Assembly: GCA_027064425.1 (NCBI GenBank)
Contig: JAMOPO010000003.1
Span: 1 to 64,000 of the forward strand
Length of the DNA: 64,000 nt
Direction: 5' to 3'
From: Methanobacteriota archaeon
Lineage (GTDB): Archaea; JAADCQ01; Methanopyri; Methanopyrales; Methanopyraceae
A program made the position numbers and the translations under genes. Position 1 is the stretch's first letter. Each line of letters starts with the position of its first letter. Below, one piece after another: positions 49,403 through 59,720 of this stretch. The notes under the pieces were generated by a model. It saw only the letters and a program-made list of their open reading frames with translations. It did no database searches and had not been told where the DNA came from.

Positions 49403-50260
49403 TTGCGGGTCACGGAGCTGAAGGGGTTAACCATCTCCTGGGATGCGAGGCCGCTCGCCCCCGACTCCGTGTACGGGGAGGATTACCGGAGGATCTACGA
49501 GAACGTCTCCTCCGTGCTCGAGGCGGTCTCCGAGGCGTTCGGTGAGCCCGAGGGCGACCTGGCGATCGGCTTCAGCGGGGGCAAGGACAGCTTCACCTGC
49601 GCGCTCGCCCTCAAGCCCTTCCTCGAGGAGTGGGACGTGGAGGCGCGGCTCGTGACCGTCGACGTGCGCGTCCGCGGGGTGGAGATCTGGCGCCCGTACC
49701 GGCGGGACCTGAAGCGGATGGCCGAGGAGTTGGGCTACGAGCTAAGGTTCGTGCGGCCGTCCGAGGACGTGGAGGACCTGGCGGAGGAGATGAACAAGCC
49801 GCCGTGTAAGGTCTGCTCCGCCCTGCGCCGCCGAGAGCTCGCGGAGCGGTACGACTGGGTCGTGTACGGGCACACGGCCGAGGACGCGCTGGAGACGCTG
49901 CTGATGAGCGCGAACAGGCCCCGGGAGGCGGGCACGTTCCCGCCCGCGGAGTACCTGGAGGAGGACGACGCCTACCTCCTCCGACCCCTGTACGTGGTCA
50001 GCGAGCTCCGCACGGCCCGGGTCTACCGGGAGGTCCGCGAACGACTCGGACTGCCTCGGGTCGAGCCGGAGTGCCCGCACGCGAAGCGGTACCAGGACAC
50101 CGACTCGCCGCGACGCGTCGCCGCGGAGGCGGTGGAGGGGATCCGCAGGCTGGCCCGCGTCCGTGACGAGCTCGCCGTGGAGAACGTGGCCCGGGGACTG
50201 GCTCGGATGGCCCTGGCCGACGTGACGTGCGGGCGGGAGCGGTTCCCAACGCTGCTCTGA
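49403..50260 (+). CDS. PP-loop ATPase of the TtcA/TtuA family
   Basis: SGGKDS, PCKVCS, GHTAED, RPL, CPH. Confidence 0.8.
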   Translation: MRVTELKGLTISWDARPLAPDSVYGEDYRRIYENVSSVLEAVSEAFGEPEGDLAIGFSGGKDSFTCALALKPFLEEWDVEARLVTVDVRVRGVEIWRPYRRDLKRMAEELGYELRFVRPSEDVEDLAEEMNKPPCKVCSALRRRELAERYDWVVYGHTAEDALETLLMSANRPREAGTFPPAEYLEEDDAYLLRPLYVVSELRTARVYREVRERLGLPRVEPECPHAKRYQDTDSPRRVAAEAVEGIRRLARVRDELAVENVARGLARMALADVTCGRERFPTLL

Positions 50261-50275
50261 CGCCTCGGCCCGGCA

Positions 50276-50298
50276 ATCGTTATGATCCTCATAACGAT
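50276..50298. repeat. 23-bp palindromic element, copy 4 (perfect 11-bp arms)
   Basis: AATCGTTATGA-TCC-TCATAACGATT; 6 nt downstream of the tRNA-Thr CCA. Confidence 0.9.
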
Positions 50299-50304
50299 TC
50301 ACGG

Positions 50305-50382
<78 letters not shown>

Positions 50383-50407
50383 GCGGTCCGAGGACGACCC
50401 CGCCCTC

Positions 50408-50424
50408 ACGTTTAAAAACGTTGC
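50408..50424 (-). promoter_or_regulatory. BRE/TATA promoter of tRNA-Thr
   Basis: Minus-strand CAACGTTTTTAAACG about 30 nt upstream of the tRNA. Confidence 0.75.
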
Positions 50425-50428
50425 GTGC

Positions 50429-50914
50429 TCATCGGTGGACGAGCGCCAGGATCTGAACGGCGCAGAGCGGCACGGTCAGCGCGGCGAGTCCCAGGGCTGA
50501 AAGCGAGTGGAGGGACGGGTACCTTAGCCCGCGCAGGACCTTGGAGCCGTCGAGCGGCGGGATCGGGATCAGGTTGGCCAGCTGCAGGATCGCGTTCCAG
50601 GCGGCTCCGTGCGGGACTATCGGTAGGAGGAGCAGGCCCGCGAGCGCCCCGCTGAACGGTCCGGCCGCCGCGATGAGCGCCTCGGAGTCGGGCGTGGTCG
50701 GCAGGTGCTCGACGAACGCTCCCCCTAGGGGCAAGAAGACGGGGGCGGACGCCGGAACGCCGAGCAGTCGGCAGGCGACGTAATGACCCAGCTCGTGGAA
50801 GAAGATCCCGACCACCACGGCCAGCCCGACGGTTCCCCAGATCCCCCAGTGTAGGGCGGCGCTGATCCCCAGCGTTTTGAGCGTCTTGCCCCATCCCCAA
50901 CCCATTTTGCCCAT
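50429..50914 (-). CDS. Site-2 protease (M50 family) membrane metalloprotease
   Basis: HELGH, IAAAGP, NLIPIPPLDG. Confidence 0.88.
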   Translation of the reverse strand: MGKMGWGWGKTLKTLGISAALHWGIWGTVGLAVVVGIFFHELGHYVACRLLGVPASAPVFLPLGGAFVEHLPTTPDSEALIAAAGPFSGALAGLLLLPIVPHGAAWNAILQLANLIPIPPLDGSKVLRGLRYPSLHSLSALGLAALTVPLCAVQILALVHR

Positions 50915-50971
50915 CTTGAGGATGGGACCCGCGAGCCTCGCGATCCCGGGCATCGCGATCACCCGAAGGGG

Positions 50972-52582
50972 GTGACGACGTTGTCCGAGGCCGAGGCCTT
51001 CGAGAGGGCCTGCCGCGAGCTGATCGAAAAAATGCTCTCCGGGGAGATCAAGACGAAGGAGGAGCTGCAGGACGCGAAGCGTGAGGTCTGCCGGAAGTAC
51101 AAGCTGTCGAAGTTCCCGACGGACGCGGACGTGCTGGAGCACGCGACGCCCGAGGAGCGGGAGAAGCTCCGCGAGATCGTGGTGAAGAAGCCCGTGCGGT
51201 CGATCTCGGGCGTGGCCGTGGTCGCCGTGATGGCCAAGCCGTACCCCTGCCCGCACGGGCGCTGCGCGTACTGTCCGGGCGGTCCCGAGCAGGGCGTCCC
51301 GCAGAGCTACACGGGCAAGGAGCCGGCCGGTCGACGGGCTAAGGAGCATGACTTCCACCCGCGCAAGCAGGTGGAGGCCCGGCTGCGTCAGCTCGAGGTC
51401 TCGGGCCACCCAACGGACAAGGTCGAGCTGATCATCATGGGCGGCACGTTCCCGGCCATGCCCCTCTGCTACCAGGAGTGGTTCGTGCGGGAGTGCCTCA
51501 ACGCGCTGACGGGCAAGGACGCGCTCACGATCGAGGAGGCGCAGAAGTACGCGGAGACGTCCGAGCGCCGGCCCGTGGGGATCACGTTCGAGACGCGGCC
51601 GGACTACTGCAAGGAGGAGCACGTGGACCGGATGCTCAAGCTGGGCGCCACGCGCGTCGAGGTAGGTGTTCAGACGATCTACGATTTCATCCTCAAGCGC
51701 GTCGAGCGGGGTCACACGGTCAAGGATACGGTGGAGGCTACCCGGATCCTGAAGGACGCTGGTCTCAAGGTGTGTTACCACGTGATGCCCGGCCTGCCGG
51801 GCTCGAACCCCGAGCGGGACCTCCGAATGTTCAAGCGGCTGTTCAAGGACCCGAGGTTCAAGCCGGACATGCTGAAGATCTACCCGTGCATGGTCTTCGA
51901 GGACACGCCGCTTTACGACATGTGGAAGGAGGGCGAGTACGAACCGTACGACGAGGAGACGGCCGTGAAGGTGATCGCGGAGGCCAAGCGCCGGTACATC
52001 CCGGAGTACTGCCGGATCATGCGCGTGCAGCGGGACATCCCGGCGCACCTGGCCGCGGCCGGGATCCGGAAGACGAACCTGCGGCAGCTCGTCCATGAGT
52101 ACATGGAGGAGCGCGGCTGGGAGTGCCGGTGCATCAGGTGCCGGGAGGCCGGTCACCGGATGCGCGAGGGGGTCGAGGTCGATCCGGAGCGAGCCGAGCT
52201 GCGCATCATCAAGGAGCGGACGTGGCGGGGCGGCGTCGACTACTTCCTGGCCTACGAGGACCCGGAGGCGGACGCGATCCTCGGCTACCTGCGCCTGCGG
52301 AAGCCCACGGAGTACGCGCACCGTCCCGAGATCGACCCGGAGACCGCCATCGTGCGCGAGCTGAAGGTCGTGGGCCCGACGGTCCCGATCGGCGAGCGGG
52401 ACTCGGAGGCGGTGCAGCACCGCGGGCTCGGAGAGCGGCTGATGAAGAAGGCTGAGGAGCTGGCAGAGAGCGAGCTGGACGCGGAGAAGATCATCGTGAT
52501 CAGCGCCATCGGCACCAGGGAGTACTACCGACGGCTGGGCTACGAGCGCGTGGGCCCGTACATGGGCAAGGAGCTCGGCTAG
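50972..52582 (+). CDS. elp3: tRNA uridine(34) acetyltransferase Elp3
   Basis: CPHGRCAYCPGG, QSYTGKEP, ETRPD, LKIYP, QHRGLG GNAT domain. Confidence 0.96.
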   Translation: MTTLSEAEAFERACRELIEKMLSGEIKTKEELQDAKREVCRKYKLSKFPTDADVLEHATPEEREKLREIVVKKPVRSISGVAVVAVMAKPYPCPHGRCAYCPGGPEQGVPQSYTGKEPAGRRAKEHDFHPRKQVEARLRQLEVSGHPTDKVELIIMGGTFPAMPLCYQEWFVRECLNALTGKDALTIEEAQKYAETSERRPVGITFETRPDYCKEEHVDRMLKLGATRVEVGVQTIYDFILKRVERGHTVKDTVEATRILKDAGLKVCYHVMPGLPGSNPERDLRMFKRLFKDPRFKPDMLKIYPCMVFEDTPLYDMWKEGEYEPYDEETAVKVIAEAKRRYIPEYCRIMRVQRDIPAHLAAAGIRKTNLRQLVHEYMEERGWECRCIRCREAGHRMREGVEVDPERAELRIIKERTWRGGVDYFLAYEDPEADAILGYLRLRKPTEYAHRPEIDPETAIVRELKVVGPTVPIGERDSEAVQHRGLGERLMKKAEELAESELDAEKIIVISAIGTREYYRRLGYERVGPYMGKELG

Positions 52583-52968
52583 CCTGGGACCAGGATCACC
52601 GGCACATCCCGCACGCACTCCTCGATCCCACGCCTGAAGGTGATCTTCTCGAACCCCGGCACGTTGCCCACACCGACGACCACCGCGTCGGCACCGACCT
52701 CCTTCGCGTACTCCATCACCGCCTCGGGCCCGTCACCCTCCACCACCTCGAACTTGGCACCGTACTCCTCCCTCACCACCTTCTCCACGAGGCTCGCCTC
52801 CTGCCGCATGAACTCGCGCAGCGCCCGCGCCATGTCCTCGTTCAAGCCCTTGAACGACCTGGAGTCGATCAGGTACACCGCGATCACGTCGTCCGCCCGC
52901 TCCCGGGCGTACTCGAGCGCCCGGAGCGAGGGGTCCGACCCGTCCACTAGGACCACGTAGCGCGCCAT
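52579..52968 (-). CDS. Universal stress protein (UspA family)
   Basis: VLVDGSDPSLRALEYA, ADAVVVG, PVILVP. Confidence 0.85.
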   Translation of the reverse strand: MARYVVLVDGSDPSLRALEYARERADDVIAVYLIDSRSFKGLNEDMARALREFMRQEASLVEKVVREEYGAKFEVVEGDGPEAVMEYAKEVGADAVVVGVGNVPGFEKITFRRGIEECVRDVPVILVPG

Positions 52969-54116
52969 CAGCCGGCGTCCCCCAGCAGCACCTCGATCTC
53001 GGCCAGCTTGATCACCTGGAGCAGGTGGGCGGCCACCCGGTCCACCCCCTCGCCCGCCACCCGCCCCAGGGCCGGGACCCCCTTTAGCCCCACGGCTCTC
53101 AGCCGCTCCCCCTCCCTGAGCACCGGGAGGTCAAAAAATCGAGCCGGCACCACGGTTACGGCCCGCAGGGCGTCGGCGGGCTTCATCCCCAGCCTGAGCC
53201 ACGCGTAGCGGGCCTCCTCCCAGACGTCCGGCTCCAGGCACATCGCGTTGTCGGTCCCGAGGGCGATCCGAAGTCCCCTCAACCGGTCGTAGTCCGGCAC
53301 CCCGAGGTCAAAGTACTCGTTCGAGCGCGGGCAAAGAACCACGAGCGGGTTCAGGTCCCGCAGGAGCTCCTCGTCCCGCTCCGTCAGGATCACGCAGTGG
53401 ACAACGCCCTCCGGCTCCAGCAACTCCACCGCCCGCTCCAGCTCCGTCACCCCGTACCTCCGGACGCACTCCCGGACCGACCGCCAGCTTTCATTAACGT
53501 GGACAAACACCCGGAGCCCGGAGTCCCGGATGGCCTCCAGGACCTCCTCCGGCAGATGGACGTCCGGCACGCCCACGAACTCCGTGAAGTCTCGCAGCCG
53601 GCGCAGGTCTTCCTCCACCAGGTTCGGGTCCGAGAGATCCCTCGGTCTACCCATGGGCACGTACTCTGGAAAGCCGACCCGGTCCGCCGCGCCCACGCCC
53701 AGCTCGACACCCTCCGGACCACCCTCCCGAAAGTCCGCCACGCCGGGGCAGCCAAGGTGCAGTGAAGTCTCGAGGAACTCCCTGATCGCGGCTTCGAGCT
53801 CCCCTTCGCCCGCCTCGCGAAGTAGCCGGTGCTTCAGCCCGTCCCGGGGCGCCACCACGCGCTCCAGGGGCATCCCGAGGCCCGCGTGCCGGAAGGCCCA
53901 GTCCGCCGCGTGAACGTGAGCGTTGAACGGGGCGGGGAGGAGGACGTCGTAGCGGCGTGCGCCACGCTCGCGCCCCTCCTCCACCCGACGCACCACGCCG
54001 TTCCGAACCTCAACGGTCACCGGCGAGTAGGGCTCCAGGTCCTCTCCCAGCAGCCCGAGGTCCGCGGTGATCACGCCGTCACTCACTCGCCGCACTGGCA
54101 CGGCTTCTGCCCGCAC
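52968..54116 (-). CDS. Amidohydrolase/deaminase family protein
   Basis: PFNAHVH, DFREGG, HVNE, VHC, CPRSN, LGTDN. Confidence 0.85.
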   Translation of the reverse strand: MRAEAVPVRRVSDGVITADLGLLGEDLEPYSPVTVEVRNGVVRRVEEGRERGARRYDVLLPAPFNAHVHAADWAFRHAGLGMPLERVVAPRDGLKHRLLREAGEGELEAAIREFLETSLHLGCPGVADFREGGPEGVELGVGAADRVGFPEYVPMGRPRDLSDPNLVEEDLRRLRDFTEFVGVPDVHLPEEVLEAIRDSGLRVFVHVNESWRSVRECVRRYGVTELERAVELLEPEGVVHCVILTERDEELLRDLNPLVVLCPRSNEYFDLGVPDYDRLRGLRIALGTDNAMCLEPDVWEEARYAWLRLGMKPADALRAVTVVPARFFDLPVLREGERLRAVGLKGVPALGRVAGEGVDRVAAHLLQVIKLAEIEVLLGDAG

Positions 54117-54370
54117 TTAGGGCACTTCCCCGGGTACTTCTCCCTCAGCAGCTCCTCCACATCCACGCCGACCACGTTGGCCAGGGAGAACGCCCAGGCG
54201 ATGACGTCGGCCAACTCCTCCCGAATGCTCTCCTCGTCGCCCCTGCGCACGGCCTCGGCCAGCTCTCCGACCTCCTCGACCAGCCAGAGCAGGGTCCCCT
54301 CCGGCCCCCGCTCCCGATCCTTTTCGCCGTAAATCTCGTCCATCAGCCGCTGGAACTCGGAGATCCTCAT
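54083..54370 (-). CDS. MazG-like NTP pyrophosphohydrolase
   Basis: EEVGELAEA, EELADV, CPKC...C.C tail. Confidence 0.9.
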   Translation of the reverse strand: MRISEFQRLMDEIYGEKDRERGPEGTLLWLVEEVGELAEAVRRGDEESIREELADVIAWAFSLANVVGVDVEELLREKYPGKCPKCGQKPCQCGE

Positions 54371-55914
54371 GCCTTCTTCACCCGCCCGTACCCGCCGCCT
54401 CCGGCCGTTTTCACGATGAGCATGTCGCCGGGCTCCAGCACGGTCGAGTCCTTGGGCCCGAGCCGCTCGACCGAGCCGTCCGAGCGCTCCACCAAGTACT
54501 CAGCGGGCTTGCCCGGTTCCCCACCCGCGGCCCCGCGGGGCCCCTTCTCAACCCTGTCACCGAGCACCGTCACCCGGCACCGCTTCAGCGCCAGGTAGCG
54601 CCGGACGATCCCGTCACCACCCCGGCGCCGGCCGGCGCCCCCGCTCCCGCGGCGCACGGTGTATTCCATGATCCTGATCGGATACTCCCGCTCCACGTGC
54701 TCGACGGGCGTGTTGGCCGTGTTGGTCATGTACACGTGCACGGCGCTCTCCCCGTCCCGCTCCGGAGAGGCGCCGGCCCCGCCCCCGATCGTCTCGTAAT
54801 AAGCAAAGTCCGGGCCGCCGATCGCCACGTTGTTCATCGACCCGTGCGAGTGGGCAGGGAGGTCCGGGACGGCCCGCCTCAGCGCGTCCAGCACCGCGTC
54901 CACGATGCGCTGAGACGTCTCCACGTTACCCGCGCAGACGGGGGCCGGAGGGCGCGGGTTGACCACGGTCCCCTCCGGAGCCTTGACGTGGATGGGCCGG
55001 TACGCGCCCTCCGACGCGGGTGTCTCCGGGTCAAGCACCGCTTTGAGCACGAAGAACACCGCCGAGTGGGTCACCGGCAGCGGGGCGTTAACGGGCCCGT
55101 CCGCCTGCTCGCTCGTCCCGGAGAAGTCCACGGTGATCTCGTCGCCCTCGACGGTGACGGTCACCTGGATCCAGATCTCGTCCTCCGACACCCCGTCTCC
55201 CTCCAGCCGGTCCCCGCCCCGATACTTGCCGTCCGGTAGCCCCTCAATGGCCCGCCTCATGCGCCGCTCAGCGTACTCCTTCGCCCACTCGCAGGCCTCG
55301 CGGAACGCCTCAAGCCCGTGCTCCTCGATCAGCTCCTCAACCCGCTCGCACCCACGGAACGCGGCGGAGAGCTGCGCCATCAGGTCGTACCGACGCTCCC
55401 GACCCCCGCGAGAGTTGGCCTCGACCAGCCGGAGGATCTCCTCCCGGGGCTCCCCGCCCTCGGCCACCCGGACCGGTGGAATTCGCAACCCCTCCGAGTA
55501 CACGTCCTCCGCATCGTGCGGCATGCTTCCCGGGACCTTCCCACCCACGTCGGCGTGGTGCGCCCGGACGGCCGTGAACCCAACCAGCTCGTCCTCGTGG
55601 AAGATCGGGGCGATGACGGTGAGGTCGGGCAGGTGCGTGCCGCCGCGATACGGGTCGTTCAGGAGGAACGCGTCCCCGGGCTCCATTTCACCCCGGTCGA
55701 ACTCCTCTAGCACCGCCCGGACGGCCCAGCGCATGGAGCCCAGGTGCACCGGGATGTGCTCCGCCTGGGCGACGAGCTCACCGGACGCGTCGTACACGGC
55801 GCAGGAGAAGTCCTCCCGCTCCCGAATGTTGGGAGAGAACGCGCTCCGCTTCAGGTGCGCCCCCATCTCCTCGCACACGTAGATCAGACCCTGTCGAACC
55901 ACCTCACGCTTCAA
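54367..55914 (-). CDS. Hydantoinase B/oxoprolinase family subunit
   Basis: SPNIRE, IPVHLGSM, NDPY.GGTHLPD, HHADVGG, GNVETSQR, TAGGGGYG. Confidence 0.92.
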   Translation of the reverse strand: MKREVVRQGLIYVCEEMGAHLKRSAFSPNIREREDFSCAVYDASGELVAQAEHIPVHLGSMRWAVRAVLEEFDRGEMEPGDAFLLNDPYRGGTHLPDLTVIAPIFHEDELVGFTAVRAHHADVGGKVPGSMPHDAEDVYSEGLRIPPVRVAEGGEPREEILRLVEANSRGGRERRYDLMAQLSAAFRGCERVEELIEEHGLEAFREACEWAKEYAERRMRRAIEGLPDGKYRGGDRLEGDGVSEDEIWIQVTVTVEGDEITVDFSGTSEQADGPVNAPLPVTHSAVFFVLKAVLDPETPASEGAYRPIHVKAPEGTVVNPRPPAPVCAGNVETSQRIVDAVLDALRRAVPDLPAHSHGSMNNVAIGGPDFAYYETIGGGAGASPERDGESAVHVYMTNTANTPVEHVEREYPIRIMEYTVRRGSGGAGRRRGGDGIVRRYLALKRCRVTVLGDRVEKGPRGAAGGEPGKPAEYLVERSDGSVERLGPKDSTVLEPGDMLIVKTAGGGGYGRVKKA

Positions 55915-57314
55915 CCCTCCTCCCCCAGCACCGAGGATACTCCGCGGAGGAACGCCCGGCGCACGCGCTCGTAGGCGTTCACCACGCCGGGCCCAACGTG
56001 CAGCAGGACGTCCCCCTCCCGGGAGCGCTCGGCGATCTCCCGGGCCGCCTCCTCGACGGACCTCACCGCGATCCCCTCGCAGCCGGACTCCTCCGCCCCC
56101 TCTACCACCTCCCGGGCCGCGTCCATGTCGAGCCGCTCCAGCGTCTCGTTGTAGCCGCTCGCCGCTACGAAGTCCGCGTACTCACCCACGATCCGTCCGA
56201 ACTCCAGCTTATCCCGCTCGGTCACCGTGTCCGGGTTGTCCACGCTCACGAGGAGGCGACCGCCGCGCTCCTCCGCCAGCTCTCGGAACGGGGGCAGGCT
56301 GGCCTCCAGCCCCTCAGGATTGTGGGCGGCATCGATGTACGCGGCCCGGCCCGAGAAGTCACCCAGCGACTCCATCCGGCCGGGTACACCGTCGAACGTC
56401 GCGAGCCCTTCCTCCACACCCTCCGGGTCCGCGCCGAACTCCAGGCAGGCCGCGACGGCCCCGGTGCAGTTCTCGACGTAGTACCCCAGCAGCCGGAACT
56501 CCGCCTCCACCCGGTGCTCCGGCCCCTCCACCACGAGGCGCGAGTCCTCGCGGCGCCCGAGGTAGTCGGCCTCCCCGGTCCGGACGGAGTACCACACGGC
56601 CTCGTCCAGGCGCTCACGCAGCTCCCGGCAGTCGTACCCAGCCACGAGCGTCTCGCTCATGTCCACGATCGTGAGCTTCCGCCGGACGTAGCGCTCGAAC
56701 GAGCCCCCGAACTCGTCCAGGTGCTCGGGAGAGACGTTGGTCAGCACACCCACGTCGAGCCGGATGCCCGACGCGAGCCGGATCGTCCCGTGCGGCAGCT
56801 CCACGACCGCGAGGTCGTGGCCCTCGATCTCCCCGGTCACGACCCCCTCCACGATGGCCTCGATCACCAGGTGCCGGTCCAGGGAGGAGCACCGCCAGAC
56901 GTCGTACCCGCACGCCTCCAGCAGGTGCGCGATCGCCCAGGTCGTGGTCGTCTTCCCGTTCGTGCCCGTTACCCCGATGGCCGGGACCGGAAAGAGGTCG
57001 CCCAGTATCTCCGCCACGTCCCGGACCGTAACGCGCTCGGGCACCCGCTCCGCGAGCCTCCTCCCCTCCGCATCCTCCGGGATCGCGGGCGAGACGAAGG
57101 CCGCGTCCGCGGACTCGAACAGCTCCGGGTCGTGCCCGCCCAGAACCACCTCCACGCCCTCGCGCTCCAGCGTCTCGAGGTACTCGCGCTCCTCGGAGGT
57201 GAACTCGTCCTCCTCCTTGACGTCGTTGAGCACGACCTCGTACCCGACGTGGTTCAGCAGCCGGGCGACGGAGCGTCCCGCGCTCCCCGCGCCGACAACT
57301 ATAACCCGAGTCAA
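55911..57314 (-). CDS. MurD-like ligase (probably pseudomurein peptide synthesis)
   Basis: GAGSAG Rossmann motif, SPAIP, GVTGTNGKTTT, PEHLD, GRME, DAAHNP. Confidence 0.82.
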   Translation of the reverse strand: MTRVIVVGAGSAGRSVARLLNHVGYEVVLNDVKEEDEFTSEEREYLETLEREGVEVVLGGHDPELFESADAAFVSPAIPEDAEGRRLAERVPERVTVRDVAEILGDLFPVPAIGVTGTNGKTTTTWAIAHLLEACGYDVWRCSSLDRHLVIEAIVEGVVTGEIEGHDLAVVELPHGTIRLASGIRLDVGVLTNVSPEHLDEFGGSFERYVRRKLTIVDMSETLVAGYDCRELRERLDEAVWYSVRTGEADYLGRREDSRLVVEGPEHRVEAEFRLLGYYVENCTGAVAACLEFGADPEGVEEGLATFDGVPGRMESLGDFSGRAAYIDAAHNPEGLEASLPPFRELAEERGGRLLVSVDNPDTVTERDKLEFGRIVGEYADFVAASGYNETLERLDMDAAREVVEGAEESGCEGIAVRSVEEAAREIAERSREGDVLLHVGPGVVNAYERVRRAFLRGVSSVLGEEG

Positions 57315-57343
57315 ACCCCGGCCCCCTCGGGCGGGGAGGTGCC

Positions 57344-58162
57344 TTGACCGCCGAGACCCGCCGCCTCACCTTAAACGCTGCCGCCGGGCCCGTGGAAGGC
57401 TACCTCTGCCGCGTTCACGCCTCGGACGGGAACTACGGCACCGGGTTCGGGTACGACCCCACCACCGCGCATGAGATGGCCATTCTGGACGCCGAGGCCC
57501 GCTCCGAGGGCCTCCCCCTCGTCGAGGTGCTCGGGGGCGAGGCGGGCACCGTTCAGTCCGCCTTCCGGGTCCACGACCGGAGCAAGCACGGGGGGCTCCG
57601 GGAGGCGCGCGGGGTGCTCTCCGAGGGTTACACGATGATCCGCGTCCCCGCCGAGTCCGCCGGGATCGCCTCGATCTCCTCGCTGGACTTCGAGACCATC
57701 CTCCTGGACTTCGACGAGCGGCCCAGCGAGCGCGCCCTCGAGGAGGTTCGCATGGTCACGGACGCCGAGATCGTCGTGATCGCGCCCCGAGAGTTCGATG
57801 CGGACGTTCCGGTGTACGTGAAGGTGACCTCGGAGGAGGAGCTGCACGCGCTGGAGGAGGCCGACGGCGTCGCCCTCAGCGTCCAGCGCGTCGGCTTCCT
57901 GGACACCGTGATCCTGGGCAGGAAGGCCCGCGAGCAGGGGCTGGACGTCGCCATCCTGACCGAGGTGGAGAGCGCGATCTCCGTGAAGGCGGCCGCCCAC
58001 ATCGCCGGGGCGCTGGGGGCCGAGATCTGCGACCTGTCCGGCCACCTGCCGCTGTACGAGGACCTAGAGTCGCTCGGGTACGCCCCGGAGATCGAGCTGA
58101 CCGGACCGGGGCGCGAGGTCCGGGTGCACCACGACCCGTACGAGCTCGCGGAGGCCCCCTAA
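57344..58162 (+). CDS. Shortened enolase-superfamily (Ala-Glu epimerase/MLE-like) protein
   Basis: DGNYGTG...EMAILDA...GLPLVEVLGG N-domain; ESAISVKAAAHIA...CDL; catalytic KxK not evident. Confidence 0.65.
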   Translation: MTAETRRLTLNAAAGPVEGYLCRVHASDGNYGTGFGYDPTTAHEMAILDAEARSEGLPLVEVLGGEAGTVQSAFRVHDRSKHGGLREARGVLSEGYTMIRVPAESAGIASISSLDFETILLDFDERPSERALEEVRMVTDAEIVVIAPREFDADVPVYVKVTSEEELHALEEADGVALSVQRVGFLDTVILGRKAREQGLDVAILTEVESAISVKAAAHIAGALGAEICDLSGHLPLYEDLESLGYAPEIELTGPGREVRVHHDPYELAEAP

Positions 58163-58174
58163 CGCCCCGGCCAG

Positions 58175-58197
58175 TTCGTTATCAACCCCGTAACGAT
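58175..58197. repeat. 23-bp palindromic element, copy 5
   Basis: TTCGTTA-TCAACCCCG-TAACGAT between convergent genes, 23 nt past the stop of 58221-59693. Confidence 0.8.
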
Positions 58198-58220
58198 TGC
58201 GCGGGGGCGGGTGGGGGGCG

Positions 58221-59693
58221 TTACCGCCGCCGGAGGGCCGGGAGCAGCACCGCGACCAGCGCCAGCGCTGGGAACACCGGCGCCCGCTTCCTCGCCGCGA
58301 GCCCCTTCAGCGTCTCGTACTCGTGCACCCACTCCGGCAGCTTCAGCGACAAATAGTTCGCGATCACCCGGGCCACCTTCTCGACCGCCCCGGGCGCGTC
58401 CAGCAGGCCCCGCCGGACGTAGATGACGTACATGTCACCCGGCGTGTCCAGCTTGTCCGCCGGCAGCCGGTAGATCCGGGTGTTGATGTACACGACCTTT
58501 CGGTGCTCCTTGCCGTCCTGCACGTACGTGTACTTCTCCACCGCCGCCTTCGTCTCCGCGACGAGCTCCCCGGCGAAGTGCCTCAGAATGGCCTCCGGGA
58601 AGTCGTACACGTCGGGCTCGCTGCCCTCGGGCCCCTTCTCCGGGTTACCCTCGAACAGCTTCCGGTCCGTGATCCCCGTCACCGTCAGATAGGGGAACGC
58701 GATGACGTACCGGACGCCCTGGCTGTACAGGTCCTGCATCAGCTTCTTGAACTGCTCGTATCGGATCTCCCAGCGCGACCTCTCCCACTTCTCCGGCCCG
58801 ATCTCCGGGTTCTGGAAGGCGAAGTAGTATGCCTTACCGTGCCTGATGAACGGATTCTTCAGCGCCCAGTCCACCTCGCCCACCGGGATCTTCACGCCCA
58901 GCAGTTCACCGAGCCGCTCCGCCACGCCCCGGAGCGCGTACATGATGTTCGCCTTGTAATCGTCCCAGAACCCGATCCTCAGCGTGCCGAACGCGATCTC
59001 CAGCAGGCCCACCTCCTCCCTGTGCTGCCTCAGGAAGTCCAGCAGGTTCGAGCAACCCTTGAACGGGTCGCCCGGCTCGCCCCGCTGGTTGGGTCCTACC
59101 AGCGGCTTCTGCAGCTCGACCTTGACGTTCTCGAACAGCAGCTCCGGCACGATCCCCAGGCCGTCCTGCCGGTCCCAGGACGTGATACCGAACTGCTCGT
59201 ACACGAATGCGTACTGCGGCACCTTCTCCTCCTCCACCAGGACCTTCTCGATCAGCTCCGGGATCTCGATGCCCTGGTGACCACCGCCCCGGTCCAGGAA
59301 CGCCGGAAGGATCACGACCAGTCCCTTCCTACCGCGGTCCGTGAACCTAGCGGCCTGGCGCAGGGCGTACCCCATCTCCGTCTCCAACGACTCCTCCTCC
59401 ATCGTCACCGTCTCCTGATGGATCACGTACGTCTTACCGCCCTCCAGCGAGACCCTGGTTACGCCCTCCGTCTCGAACTCGCCCGGGTACACTCGGATCT
59501 CGTAGGCCTCACCGAGCGTCACCGACAGGTGCTCCTGCACCTTCTCCGGCAGCTCGTGCGCTTTGTACACCCAGTGCGGGTCGTAGCTACCGTGGTACGG
59601 CAGCACCACCGCGATCCGTAGCTTCTCCTCGTCCGCCAGCGCCGGGCCCGACAGCGCCAACAGGGCCGCGAGCAGCGCGATCACGCTCCTCAT
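58221..59693 (-). CDS. Exported, C-terminally anchored class II (CbiX/CfbA-like) chelatase-fold protein
   Basis: Signal peptide; VLPYHGSYDP and ILPAFLDRGGGHQGIEIP match the two His motifs of CbiX; tail APVFPALALVAVLLPALRRR. Confidence 0.65.
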   Translation of the reverse strand: MRSVIALLAALLALSGPALADEEKLRIAVVLPYHGSYDPHWVYKAHELPEKVQEHLSVTLGEAYEIRVYPGEFETEGVTRVSLEGGKTYVIHQETVTMEEESLETEMGYALRQAARFTDRGRKGLVVILPAFLDRGGGHQGIEIPELIEKVLVEEEKVPQYAFVYEQFGITSWDRQDGLGIVPELLFENVKVELQKPLVGPNQRGEPGDPFKGCSNLLDFLRQHREEVGLLEIAFGTLRIGFWDDYKANIMYALRGVAERLGELLGVKIPVGEVDWALKNPFIRHGKAYYFAFQNPEIGPEKWERSRWEIRYEQFKKLMQDLYSQGVRYVIAFPYLTVTGITDRKLFEGNPEKGPEGSEPDVYDFPEAILRHFAGELVAETKAAVEKYTYVQDGKEHRKVVYINTRIYRLPADKLDTPGDMYVIYVRRGLLDAPGAVEKVARVIANYLSLKLPEWVHEYETLKGLAARKRAPVFPALALVAVLLPALRRR

Positions 59694-59720
59694 CGTACGA
59701 CCCCCACGGTCGGCCCTTCA

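Noticed and set aside
55911-57314. Coenzyme F430 synthetase CfbE
   Set aside because: The N-terminus is a GxGxxG MurD-type Rossmann motif and no cfb operon is adjacent; not fully excluded without an HMM search
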